The notes beneath the pieces are model-generated. The model did not search any database and was not told where the DNA came from. It worked only from the letters and a program-made list of their open reading frames with translations. DNA of 64,000 nucleotides from Candidatus Poribacteria bacterium (GTDB lineage: Bacteria > Poribacteria > WGA-4E > GCA-2687025): NCBI GenBank assembly GCA_963665845.2, contig OY762492.1, positions 1,824,001-1,888,000 of the forward strand. The letters run 5' to 3'. A program made the translations under genes and the position numbers. Below are positions 29,213 to 40,774 of this stretch, piece by piece. How positions within the stretch are numbered: position 1 is the stretch's first letter; the number at the start of each line of letters is the position of its first letter.

Positions 29213-29927
29213 TTACTCGCCTTTGTTGGGCAGCGCATCCTTGGCATCGCCTTCCGGATAGTTGCTCGCCTCCCCGACTGTTCTCGGCGCGCCGTGACGC
29301 GGCCAAAGCGGCCCCGACCGACTCCGCGGATAGGTAACCGCCCCATTCCTTGTCCTGTTGTCAAACTGCCCTCCGGTGATGCTGGTGTATGCCTCAACGG
29401 CATAGAAAAAGCTTTTTTCCAACGTGCAATCCTGCGTCAATGAGAACGCTGTCGAGCCTGAAAACACTGGACAAAACCGCAAGTCTGGCTTTTCTTCTGT
29501 GTGGGCGTCCTGGACCAGAAGCCAATTATTTGGATCGTTTCCAGCTGCGAGGTCAAGGTTCGGGTCCCATTCCTTTCGCAACCATATCGCTTTGCCTTTC
29601 ACTTCTCGGTACAGGTCTTTCCTGTTGTCGTTGTAGAAGCCGACCGTATGGCTTGTCGAAAGGCGAAATGCGCTCCCGCCGAGCGCCGTGACGCTGTTGA
29701 CGCGCGCTGTTACGAACCGCCACATCAGCCCCAGATCCGCCCAGAACGTGATGATCTCTGTTTCGATGTCGGTATCGTCGAGAGGAAAAGCCGCCGCTGC
29801 CGCTTCAGACGAGTTCGGAGACAGGCTCAATGCGCTAGCCAACCCAATCGATTTTGAAAGCGTCGGCGCTGGTTGCCGCAGCCGCCATCGCGCCGAGAAT
29901 GAGAGCGAATCGAGCCGTTCGTTTCAT
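29213..29927 (-). pseudogene. Secreted hypothetical protein, apparently frameshifted just after the signal peptide
   Basis: GGAGG-ATG at 29927 gives MKRTARFALILGAMAAAATSADAFKIDWVG then TAG; a 209-codon ORF continues in the +1 frame (29842-29213). Confidence 0.55.
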
Positions 29928-29962
29928 TTCGTCCCTCCGTTTTTGAGTGTGAAGCCTGTATA

Positions 29963-29978
29963 AGCAAGAACCGTGCCA
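29963..29978 (-). promoter_or_regulatory. Sigma54 (-24/-12) promoter
   Basis: TGGCACG-GTTC-TTGCT, a consensus match 35 bp upstream of the ATG at 29927. Confidence 0.85.
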
Positions 29979-29996
29979 ACGCTAAAGGCGCCTTAT

Positions 29997-30065
29997 GCGC
30001 CCAATTTGGAACATGCGGGCGCGGAACTGTCCAAAATTTGACCAGCGCTGTATCAAAAATGGACA
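29997..30065. promoter_or_regulatory. Three putative enhancer-binding-protein sites (UAS)
   Basis: 17-bp imperfect palindromes GCGCCCAATTTGGAACA (29997), TGTCCAAAATTTGACCA (30028), TGTATCAAAAATGGACA (30049); offsets of 31 and 21 bp. Confidence 0.65.
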
Positions 30066-30169
30066 ATCTCGGCGGACAAGCCCGCCCGTCTAAATGAACG
30101 CAGGACAGATTTTACGTCTTTATAGGACATGCCGGCATATGCGAACGCGGACGGTTTATGGGGACTTTG

Positions 30170-30217
30170 GATTCCCGCGCGTTACGTTTTACCGCAAGGG
30201 GCAAGGGCGGGAATGAC
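30170..30217 (+). repeat. 48-bp expanded ATTCCC..GGGAAT repeat, copy 2
   Basis: 47/48 identical to 27959-28006, same orientation. Confidence 0.9.
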
Positions 30218-30229
30218 CGCCTGGGTCGG

Positions 30230-32260
<2,031 letters not shown>

Positions 32261-32309
32261 TTAAACGTAGGCAGCGCGGCATACGTTCCACCTTCACGAC
32301 AACGCGCGG

Positions 32310-32408
32310 CGCCGCGTCCGATTCCCCCTTGAAAAAGGGGCTAGGGGGTTTAAAAGACGGGCGCGGCGACTGCGATGCCTTAAGATTCCCGCTTACGCGG
32401 GAATGACG
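32310..32408. repeat. Composite repeat (CCCCTTGAAAAAGGGG hairpin + ATTCCC-N8-GGGAAT)
   Basis: About 100-bp unit closely similar to 46826-46927; ATTCCCGCTTACGCGGGAAT at 32385-32404. Confidence 0.85.
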
Positions 32409-32420
32409 AGCTGCCGGCGG

Positions 32421-32449
32421 TTGACATGCCGCTCGTAACGCATTAGCAT
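32421..32449 (+). promoter_or_regulatory. Sigma70 promoter, likely leaderless transcript
   Basis: TTGACA-17-TAGCAT, 7 nt before the ATG at 32457, no SD. Confidence 0.6.
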
Positions 32450-32456
32450 CTTTTCA

Positions 32457-33209
32457 ATGAGCGCATCTATCTTACCGCCTTTATCGGACCTTGCCGCTGT
32501 GAGCGCCGTCTTTTTGACCGCGTCGCTGCTGCAGGGAACGACAGGATTCGGCTTCGGCATGCTTCCGATGGCGCTGCTGCCGTTTTTTATGTCGGTGAAG
32601 TACGCCAGCGTTCTGGTCGCCATGCTCGCGGTCTTCAACGCGGCGTATTTGGCATGGTCGCTTCGAAAGTCGATACCATGGGGCGTTTTATGCCGCCTGC
32701 TGATAGGCTCCGTTGTCGGGCTTCCGCTCGGCGTTTATTTGTTGAAAGCGGCGCCGGAGTCGTTTATCAAGCGCATCGTCGGCGTCATGGTGATCGTGTA
32801 TTCGGTCTATCATGCGGTCAACCAGCGCAGGCAGGGTAAAACGGCAAAATTGCTGCCGCTGTGGTGGAGCTATCCGACGGGGGCGGTTGCCGGGTCGCTG
32901 GCAGGGGCGGCGAATGTCGCCGGTCCGCCGCTCATCTTTTATCTGTACAGCCAGCCGATCAAGCGGGATGTTTTCCGCGCCGCCTTGGCGAGTTACTTTC
33001 TCGCCGCCTCCTCCGCCAAAAGCGGATTGTCGATTGCGGTCGGTCTCGCCGAATGGAGCATGATCGCATACGCGGTCGTTTTGCCGTTCATCTGGATTGG
33101 GGCTAAAATCGGGTTGAAGCTGGGAACGCGCTTGAATAGAGATATGTTTGCGGGCGTAGTTCTGGTATCATTGGCCATACTCGGAATCATTCTGGTTGTG
33201 AAAGGTTAG
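32457..33209 (+). CDS. TauE/SafE family (sulfite exporter) membrane protein
   Basis: G..GFGFG, G..GPP motifs, about 8 TM. Confidence 0.85.
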   Translation: MSASILPPLSDLAAVSAVFLTASLLQGTTGFGFGMLPMALLPFFMSVKYASVLVAMLAVFNAAYLAWSLRKSIPWGVLCRLLIGSVVGLPLGVYLLKAAPESFIKRIVGVMVIVYSVYHAVNQRRQGKTAKLLPLWWSYPTGAVAGSLAGAANVAGPPLIFYLYSQPIKRDVFRAALASYFLAASSAKSGLSIAVGLAEWSMIAYAVVLPFIWIGAKIGLKLGTRLNRDMFAGVVLVSLAILGIILVVKG

Positions 33210-33219
33210 AAAGGCTCAC

Positions 33220-34233
33220 ATGAAATCAGCCCTTCTCGGCTGCGGCGGACGCGCGCGCGGACACGCCAACGCTTATCAACATGTCACCAAAGGGGAGCTG
33301 GCGGCAATCTGCGACCTGGACGAGCAGCGGCTCCACGGACTGGGCGACCATTTCGGCATCGACACGCGCTACACGGACGTTCATAAAATGCTGGACGAGG
33401 TGAAGCCCGACCTGCTGCATATCGTCACGCAGCCGCATCTGCGCGTTCAGCTTCTGACGCTCGCGCATGAGCATAATGTTCCCGCCGTTCTGGTGGAGAA
33501 ACCGATCGCGCTTCAAGGCGAGGATTACAATCAGCTGGTCAAGTTGGAAGCCGAATCGGACACGAAGTTTGCGGTCAACCACCAGCTCCATTTTCATAAA
33601 AAATCGCTGGAGCTGCAGGAAGCGGCGGAAAGCGGCGCCGTCGGCGAGCGGCGGTTCATCGACGCGAGCGCGCGGCTGAACCTGTCTGGGCAGGGGACGC
33701 ACGTTTTGGAGCTGGTCTCCGCCTTCAACTCCAACTCGGCGCCGACATCCGTCTTCGGGCAGGTTGCGGGCGGCGGCAGCATCGGCGGCGGCGGACATTC
33801 CGCCCCAGAGCAATGCGTCGCCATCATCAACTACGAAAACGGAACGCAGGCGCAGCTGCTGTGCGGTACAAACGCGCGCCCCATCAACGAAAACGGCGCG
33901 CGCCACATGCACAAGCGCATCGCCGTCTACGGCACAAAAGGCGTCGTCCACTGGACAATGGCGTACTGGGAGCGGACGCTTCCGAACGGCGATCTGGAGC
34001 GCGGCGACCACAGCTACGGCGCGGAAGATGTGGTCGGACAGGCGGGGCTGACCGACGCCATGTTTGAATGGTCGGCAAACGACGACAAGCCTTGCCCGAC
34101 GAACCTGTCCAACTCGCTGACGCAATTCAACATCATTCTCGGCATCTACATGAGCGCGCTGCAGCATCGCCCCGTCAATCTGCCGGTGGAGCCGGACGAG
34201 GATCTGTTGAGCCAACTCAAAGCGCGCCTGTAG
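33220..34233 (+). CDS. Gfo/Idh/MocA family oxidoreductase
   Basis: LGCGG.A..H, AICD, VEKPIA, GTH..EL. Confidence 0.9.
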   Translation: MKSALLGCGGRARGHANAYQHVTKGELAAICDLDEQRLHGLGDHFGIDTRYTDVHKMLDEVKPDLLHIVTQPHLRVQLLTLAHEHNVPAVLVEKPIALQGEDYNQLVKLEAESDTKFAVNHQLHFHKKSLELQEAAESGAVGERRFIDASARLNLSGQGTHVLELVSAFNSNSAPTSVFGQVAGGGSIGGGGHSAPEQCVAIINYENGTQAQLLCGTNARPINENGARHMHKRIAVYGTKGVVHWTMAYWERTLPNGDLERGDHSYGAEDVVGQAGLTDAMFEWSANDDKPCPTNLSNSLTQFNIILGIYMSALQHRPVNLPVEPDEDLLSQLKARL

Positions 34234-34250
34234 GTCGAAAGGAGAGCGGA

Positions 34251-34832
34251 ATGAGCGCAAACCCTGTCCGAGACGCCCTGCGCAGTCGGCGCACCGTCTT
34301 TCGGTTCAAGAAGGAGCCGGTCCCCAAAGAGGACCTGATCAAGATACTGGAGGCAGGCACCTGGGGACCGAACCATCATTTGACGCAGCCGTGGCGGTTC
34401 ACCGTCGTCGGTCCGAAGACGGACGATATTCTCGCGGAACGTTACCGCGACATTCAGATGGCGAAGGTGAGGGGGAAAGTCCCCGCCGATATACTGGCGC
34501 TCGCCGGTCAAAAGGGGGTCGATAAGTGGAACTCGAAGCCGACCGTCGTGTTCGTGTCGTGCCGTCAGGAAGGGGACGAGCAGGAGCGGCGGGAAGATTA
34601 CGCGGCGGCATGCTGCGCGATGCTGGGCATACAGCTCGCCGCGGCGGAGATCGGCGTCGGCCTCCAGTGGAGCACCGGCCCGATCACGATGGAGGACGCC
34701 TCCTACAAGCTGCTGGACATCGACCCCGAAAAAGAGTACATCATCGGGTTGCTTTACATGGGCTACCCTGAAGAGTTCAAAGACCCGACGCCGCGCATGG
34801 GCGTTGAGGAGGTAACACGCTGGACGGACTAA
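34251..34832 (+). CDS. Nitroreductase family protein
   Basis: GGAG RBS; SRRTV..F, GPNHHLTQPWRF, QLAA...GVG..WST, LYMGYP. Confidence 0.9.
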   Translation: MSANPVRDALRSRRTVFRFKKEPVPKEDLIKILEAGTWGPNHHLTQPWRFTVVGPKTDDILAERYRDIQMAKVRGKVPADILALAGQKGVDKWNSKPTVVFVSCRQEGDEQERREDYAAACCAMLGIQLAAAEIGVGLQWSTGPITMEDASYKLLDIDPEKEYIIGLLYMGYPEEFKDPTPRMGVEEVTRWTD

Positions 34833-34842
34833 ATCGACCGCA

Positions 34843-37800
34843 ATGACCATTCTATGCTTGATGGCATGCTTCGCCCTGGCGGCGTCCGACGCCGAACCGC
34901 TCTCCGAGCCGGCGATTCAGCTGCTTCACGCGGACGAGTCGGGCGTTACGTTTCGGGTGGAGTTTCCTCCCGTTGAAGCGGCGCCGCTGGATGAATCGGG
35001 CAGCGTTCTGCTCTCATTTCCGGGGAGTTATCCGACCGGTCGGGTTGGGGAACCGCAGCTGCCGGCGGCGTCGGTCGCGCTCGGCGCGCCTCATGACGCG
35101 CAGATTTCCGTTCAGGCGTCTCCTGGGCATGTCGTAGAGACGGGCGGACGGCGCCCCGCGCCGGTTCCGTCCGCCGTCAATAAACGCCCTGTCTACCGCG
35201 AAAATGCGGAGGCGTACCGTTCGAACGCATTTCTCCCCGCTCGGTGGGCTGAAGTCGCTTCGGACGGGCTGATACGGGATCGGCGCGTCGTTCAGATAGA
35301 GATGCGCCCCATGCGTTTTCAGGCGTCCACGGGGCGGATGCGGCAATGCGCCTCGATGACGGTGCGCGTTGATTTTATGCGTCCGCCTTCCGCTTCCGTC
35401 TCTTTTTCAGGCTCCGCCGTTTCGATGGCGAGGGCTGAATCGCCGACGTTTCAACGTTACTTTGAACGGCATCTTCTGAACGAGGAGGCGTCTCGCGTTT
35501 GGCGCGCGCCGGCGGCGCCGAGCGGCGATGAGAGCGGCGGCTCTGAAACGCGGCGGTTCGCTGTCAAGATGCATGTCGCCGAGGAGGGCGTTTGCCGAGT
35601 GACAGGGGCGCAGCTGCAGGCGCTGGGCGTCGATCTGGGCATGGCGCAGCCGAGCCGCCTCCGCATTGAATGGAACGGCAAGGAGCTGCCGGCGTATGTG
35701 TCCGGCGCGCAGGACGGGCGTTTCGACCCTGAAGATTATGTCGATTTCATGTCGGCGGCGCCCCAATCGCATTACTCGCGTTACAATGTGTATTGGCTCA
35801 TTGCGGGCGAGCGGCGCGGTCTGCGCCCCGCGGAGCTGGAAGGCGCCGTTCAAACCCTGCTGGCGGATACGACGACGGCGACGGCGTTTCGCTCCAAGAT
35901 CAAGCTGGAAGAAAATCTGCTCCATACGCGGCTTCAAGAATCTCCGCCCAAAGCGGAACCGCCCGAAGACCCGCATCAATGGTACGACAACCGAAACCAC
36001 TGGCTATGGTTCGGCGTCCAAAACGGCTCGATTTCGAACATTCCAAATACGGCGTCGCGCGAGTTTCCGATATACGACCCCGCCGTGTCGCTCGATTTCG
36101 TCCACATCAATGCGGCGCTGCAGGGCGGAACGCCTGTTGAGCATCAAGCGGTCGTTATGTTCAACGGACTCCTCGTCGGGCGCGCGCAGGGAAACTGGTA
36201 TGATCAGGATCCGCTTCAGATGCGCAGGACGTTCCGCATGGAGCATCTGATCGATCCGGTGGACGGGTTGAACACGCTGGAAATCACGCGCGTGGACGAC
36301 ACCGGAGACAAAGACGAGGACGGCGACGACGCTGTGAGCAACATTGATCTATACCCGTACCATATCTATGTGGACAGCCTTGAGATCGAGTACACGAGGT
36401 TATACCGCGCCGTGTCCGACTCTCTCTTCGCGTCGTCGCCGCCCTCTAAGGCGCCGATTGCGGATCGGGCGCAGCGGTCGCTTCAGTATGACGTCTCCGA
36501 TTTTTTGAACCCGAACATTGCGGTGTATGAACATGACGGGCTTGGGCTGACGGCGCGGCTTCGGAATGTTGAAACGCGTTCGGTTCGGCTAAATCAGGAG
36601 GCGCGGGAGCGTCTGCTGGCGATTCAAGCCGCGCAGGGAAAAACGGAGCCGCTGCCCGACCGAACCTACACCGCCCGTTTTCAGATGCGCGACAACCGAG
36701 ACTGGAGCTTCATCGCCGTGTCGGACGACGGGGTCGTTCAGCCCGACCGGCTGGAGCTGGACATCCCCTCCAACCTGAAAGACCCGGCAAACGGCGCCGA
36801 CTGGATCATTATCTACCATTCGCGGTATGAGGAGATTGCGCGCCGTCTGCGCGACTGGCGGGCAACCGCGAAGGGAGGCGGACACCGCGCCTTCATGGCG
36901 GACATCGACGAGATATACGATGAATTTTCGCATGGCGCCGTCTCGCCGTGGGCGGTCAAGGCGTTTTTGAGGCATGCGTATGCGCATTGGAGCGGCGCGC
37001 CTGTCACGCATGTTGTTATTCTGGGAGACGGCACCTACGATCTATTCGGCGTGGACGCGAAGCGTTACCCTGAAGCGCCGGAGTTTATGGGTTATATTCC
37101 GACGCATTATGTGTGGTCGTTCTACGGGGAGACGGGAATTGATCACTGGTATGCGGCGGTGAGCGGCATTGACGCGCTGCCGGATCTGTTTCTTGGGCGG
37201 ATACCGGTGGAGAATGTGGACGAGGCGCGCGCCGCTGTTGAGAAGATCATCCGCTACGAGGAGCGTCCGCCGAACGGGACATGGCGGCGGCAGATCATCT
37301 CCGTCGCGGACGACCAGACGACGAATTCGGGCGATTTCATCTTCAAAAAAAGCCTGACCGAGATCAGTCAGAACCATACCCTGCTCGGTTATGTGACGAA
37401 CAAGATTTTTCTGTCCGACCATTTGGAAGAACACAACGATATCAAACCCCTGGCGTCCAAGGCGGCGCGGCGGGAGATCATGGACGCGCTGAACCGAGGC
37501 GCTGTCATCGCGCAATACGCCGGACATGGCGGGCGGTTTGTCTGGGCGGATGAGATTATCTTTGACAACACCGGCATTCGCGGGCTTTCCGAGACGGACC
37601 GGCTCTCGCTCATGTTTGTTTTGAGCTGCAACAACGCCTACTTTGACGCGCCCTCCGAGCCGAGCATGGGCGAATTGCTGATGCGCATTGAAAACAGGGG
37701 CATCGCCGGCATGATCGCGGCGACGCGGTACACCTTCGGCAGCGGAAATGATTCGCTCGCCAAGATCATCTTCGATGACATCTTCAAGCGCAATGTGCGC

Positions 37801-40773
37801 GGCTTCGGCGAAATCGCCTTCAATCCGAAGACGCAGCTGATGTTGGAACGCGGCCTCGGACATCTGGACGTCATGCAGCAGTACCTGCTCTTCGGCGATC
37901 CAGCGACCCATCTGTATACGGCAAAATATGAGGCGCATCCGATACTGGAAGCGCGGTCGGTTGAACCGGGCGGAACGCTGCGCATTCAGCCCGGCAGCGT
38001 TCTGAAATCGACCTACGACCCGAAAATACGCGATAAAACCTACGCGCCTGTGCCGAGTTTCAACGGGCGGCTCTTTGCGACCGCGCAATTTGTCGACAAA
38101 GAAAGCGGAGCCGTCATTGAAAAAACAGCGGAAGCGGACGCCGTGAACGGGCGGTACCCCGCCGTGGAGCTTCCCGTCCCGATCAACGCGCAGAAAGGGC
38201 GCGCCCAGGTGGAGCTGTACATTCAATCCAGCTCCGATCTCGCTGTCGGCGGCAGCGGATTCGCGGTGTCAGAACCGGTCATTGAGGAGATCGACGTCGC
38301 CGAGACGGACGGAAATGTGGAGATCGCGCTGAAGGCGGCCGACGACGGGGCGGTCGAGAGCGTCGTGCTGGAATGGAAGCAACACTTAGAGGATGGCTCC
38401 GAGTGGCGCTCGGCGCCGATGGTTCCCGACGCGGAGAAAGGCGCGGGATGGTACCAGCAGAGCCAGACGATAACGGCGCCGCCCGCCGGCGATCTGTTTT
38501 ATTACAGCGCGGTCGTAACGGACGCGGACGGAAACGAAACGGACACCGAGACGTTCTCCGTCGCATTCCATCCTGTTCCCGACTGGAGCGTCGCCGTCGA
38601 CCCTCAAACAGGCGATCCGATGATCCGATACGGGTACGACAGCGAGCGCGGCTGGGGAATTCAGCTGCGCATTGAAAACAAGAAGGAGGCGCCGGCTGAA
38701 GCGCCGGTGAAGGTCGTTCTGTATCTTGGGAATCCGGATCTGGACGGGGACAAGGCGCCGGACGAGAGCGCCAAAACGATCGGAGAAGCGGTTGTGAAGC
38801 TGTCGGACTGGACGCGCCCCAACCCGCTTCTAGACAGCCCGGACGGCGAGAATCGGCTCCGCGACCCGGATACGCCTTTGAACCTGAACTGGAAGGCGGA
38901 GGCGTTTGTCCCGTATCGGCTGGAGAACGGCGCTTACTGGATCGCCGCATGGATCGATCCAGACCGCGAGACGGCGGAGACGGAGAGCCGAATCGTCGAC
39001 AACCTGTCGCATCGGCTCATACTGGCGGACGAAACGCGCCCCGGCGCCTCTCCCGTTCAGCTTCAGACGCGGGACGGGGCGATGACCGCCTCTCTAAGCC
39101 GTCAGACGCTGGGCGGCGCTTACACCGCGCGTCTTTCTGTCGAGGAGAATTCTCTGCCCGCGCAGGCGGCGCTGACTCCGCTTCCGTGGCTGAACCCTGA
39201 CGCGGCGGCGCTGACCATAGAGGCTGACGGATTCGCTTCTGACGGGTCATTGAATGAACCGGCGCCCATTCAGATACGCTTCGACCTGGACGCCGTCCGC
39301 AGCTCAATTGAAAAGGCGCAGCGCGAGGCGGCTTCTAAAAAAGACGACGAAGAGGATGACGAAGATGAGGAGGAGCCTGACATGGACGCGTCTTTGATCA
39401 ACTTTTTGACGTCGGCGGGCGTCTATGAATGGCGTCCGCAATTGGAGCGGTGGCGGCGTTTGCGGGGCAGCGGCTTCGTCAAAAACGCGCAGCGGCAGCC
39501 GCAAACGTTTCCCGTATTGACGGAGCCGACCGCGCCGAAATTTCGAGCCGACGCCCGATGGGTATTCGATCCCGCCTCCGTGGAGCGCGGGCGGTATTTT
39601 GCTTTCATGACCGGCGCGAGAATCTACGACCTGTACCGCCGCGACCCGAACAGCCGAACGCTTGAGCGCGTTCTGGAAAGCCAGCCGACGCGCCCTGTCT
39701 TTGAGCCGATGCCTCCCGACGCGGACCTGCGCTACCCGTCTCTTCGAAACGGGCTGTCGGCGCTGCAGTTTGGAGAGGTTTGGGAAGCGAACCTGAACTT
39801 CGCTCAATCAGGCGGGACAGGAACTGCGGACGCCTATCTTGGAAACTCCGGCGGCGGCGTCGTCCGACCCTTTCTGACGGGGGAAGAGGTTGAGGAAGAT
39901 GTGTGGACGGTCATGTTCATCAGCCGGCGCAACTTTGAAGTGCGCCGCCGTTCCCGCCCCAATGAACCGCCCCGCATCGGTTCCATTGCGGACGGATGGA
40001 CTAGCGAAGACGGAACGCTGCGCATTGAAGCGCTGTCAGGAAAGAAACCGTTTGAGCCGGGCGACGCGATACGGTTTGAAACGCGCCATGTCGGCGCTCT
40101 GGACGCGATGGCGCCGCGGCTGGGAACCTTCGCTGTCTTTCACACCACTGACGAGAGCGCGCCCGAAATCAGCTTTGCGGTTGAGGGGCAGGATTTTGCG
40201 GACGGAGACGCTGTCTCGCCGACGCCGGCTATCGCGGTCGCCGTATCGGACGACAGCGGCGTCGACCCGCTGGATGTGTCGCTCTCCTTGACGCGCGACG
40301 GGCAGCCCGCCCCGCCGATCTACGCCTCCGATCTGCGCTTCCACGCCGCGCCCGGTTCCAACAAGCTGCTCATCAACTACGCGCCGGAGCTGGAGCCGGG
40401 AAATTACCGACTCAAAGCGTCCGCTGCCGACCTGGACGGAAACGAAGCGAGCGGAGAGATACGTTTCAACGTGTCGCAGTCGGTCGAACTGATCAGCGTC
40501 TTGAACTATCCGAACCCGTTTCGGACGGAGACCGACATCGCCGTTGAAGCGGCGGGCGAAATGGAGACGCTGGACATCGCCGTTTATTCGCTTCAGGGGC
40601 GGGTCGTTCGGCGGCTTCAGCATCCGCCGTCGGCAGGTTTCGTCAGCGTTCGCTGGGACGGGCGGGACGCGGACGGGCGCGAGGTGGCAAACGGGGTGTA
40701 CTACGCTGTCGTCAAAATGACCGCGCGCGGAGAGACGCGCTCGCAAACCTTGAAGCTGTTGAAACTGAAATAA
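34843..40773 (+). CDS. Peptidase C25 (gingipain/PorU-like) with propeptide and C-terminal FlgD-Ig domain
   Basis: GEPQLP propeptide, ILGDGTYD, LGRIPV, VADD, YAGHG (His), LSCNN..FD (Cys), LLFGDPA, NYPNPF...WDGRD..G..VANGVY tail. Confidence 0.88.
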   Translation: MTILCLMACFALAASDAEPLSEPAIQLLHADESGVTFRVEFPPVEAAPLDESGSVLLSFPGSYPTGRVGEPQLPAASVALGAPHDAQISVQASPGHVVETGGRRPAPVPSAVNKRPVYRENAEAYRSNAFLPARWAEVASDGLIRDRRVVQIEMRPMRFQASTGRMRQCASMTVRVDFMRPPSASVSFSGSAVSMARAESPTFQRYFERHLLNEEASRVWRAPAAPSGDESGGSETRRFAVKMHVAEEGVCRVTGAQLQALGVDLGMAQPSRLRIEWNGKELPAYVSGAQDGRFDPEDYVDFMSAAPQSHYSRYNVYWLIAGERRGLRPAELEGAVQTLLADTTTATAFRSKIKLEENLLHTRLQESPPKAEPPEDPHQWYDNRNHWLWFGVQNGSISNIPNTASREFPIYDPAVSLDFVHINAALQGGTPVEHQAVVMFNGLLVGRAQGNWYDQDPLQMRRTFRMEHLIDPVDGLNTLEITRVDDTGDKDEDGDDAVSNIDLYPYHIYVDSLEIEYTRLYRAVSDSLFASSPPSKAPIADRAQRSLQYDVSDFLNPNIAVYEHDGLGLTARLRNVETRSVRLNQEARERLLAIQAAQGKTEPLPDRTYTARFQMRDNRDWSFIAVSDDGVVQPDRLELDIPSNLKDPANGADWIIIYHSRYEEIARRLRDWRATAKGGGHRAFMADIDEIYDEFSHGAVSPWAVKAFLRHAYAHWSGAPVTHVVILGDGTYDLFGVDAKRYPEAPEFMGYIPTHYVWSFYGETGIDHWYAAVSGIDALPDLFLGRIPVENVDEARAAVEKIIRYEERPPNGTWRRQIISVADDQTTNSGDFIFKKSLTEISQNHTLLGYVTNKIFLSDHLEEHNDIKPLASKAARREIMDALNRGAVIAQYAGHGGRFVWADEIIFDNTGIRGLSETDRLSLMFVLSCNNAYFDAPSEPSMGELLMRIENRGIAGMIAATRYTFGSGNDSLAKIIFDDIFKRNVRGFGEIAFNPKTQLMLERGLGHLDVMQQYLLFGDPATHLYTAKYEAHPILEARSVEPGGTLRIQPGSVLKSTYDPKIRDKTYAPVPSFNGRLFATAQFVDKESGAVIEKTAEADAVNGRYPAVELPVPINAQKGRAQVELYIQSSSDLAVGGSGFAVSEPVIEEIDVAETDGNVEIALKAADDGAVESVVLEWKQHLEDGSEWRSAPMVPDAEKGAGWYQQSQTITAPPAGDLFYYSAVVTDADGNETDTETFSVAFHPVPDWSVAVDPQTGDPMIRYGYDSERGWGIQLRIENKKEAPAEAPVKVVLYLGNPDLDGDKAPDESAKTIGEAVVKLSDWTRPNPLLDSPDGENRLRDPDTPLNLNWKAEAFVPYRLENGAYWIAAWIDPDRETAETESRIVDNLSHRLILADETRPGASPVQLQTRDGAMTASLSRQTLGGAYTARLSVEENSLPAQAALTPLPWLNPDAAALTIEADGFASDGSLNEPAPIQIRFDLDAVRSSIEKAQREAASKKDDEEDDEDEEEPDMDASLINFLTSAGVYEWRPQLERWRRLRGSGFVKNAQRQPQTFPVLTEPTAPKFRADARWVFDPASVERGRYFAFMTGARIYDLYRRDPNSRTLERVLESQPTRPVFEPMPPDADLRYPSLRNGLSALQFGEVWEANLNFAQSGGTGTADAYLGNSGGGVVRPFLTGEEVEEDVWTVMFISRRNFEVRRRSRPNEPPRIGSIADGWTSEDGTLRIEALSGKKPFEPGDAIRFETRHVGALDAMAPRLGTFAVFHTTDESAPEISFAVEGQDFADGDAVSPTPAIAVAVSDDSGVDPLDVSLSLTRDGQPAPPIYASDLRFHAAPGSNKLLINYAPELEPGNYRLKASAADLDGNEASGEIRFNVSQSVELISVLNYPNPFRTETDIAVEAAGEMETLDIAVYSLQGRVVRRLQHPPSAGFVSVRWDGRDADGREVANGVYYAVVKMTARGETRSQTLKLLKLK

Positions 40774-40774
40774 G

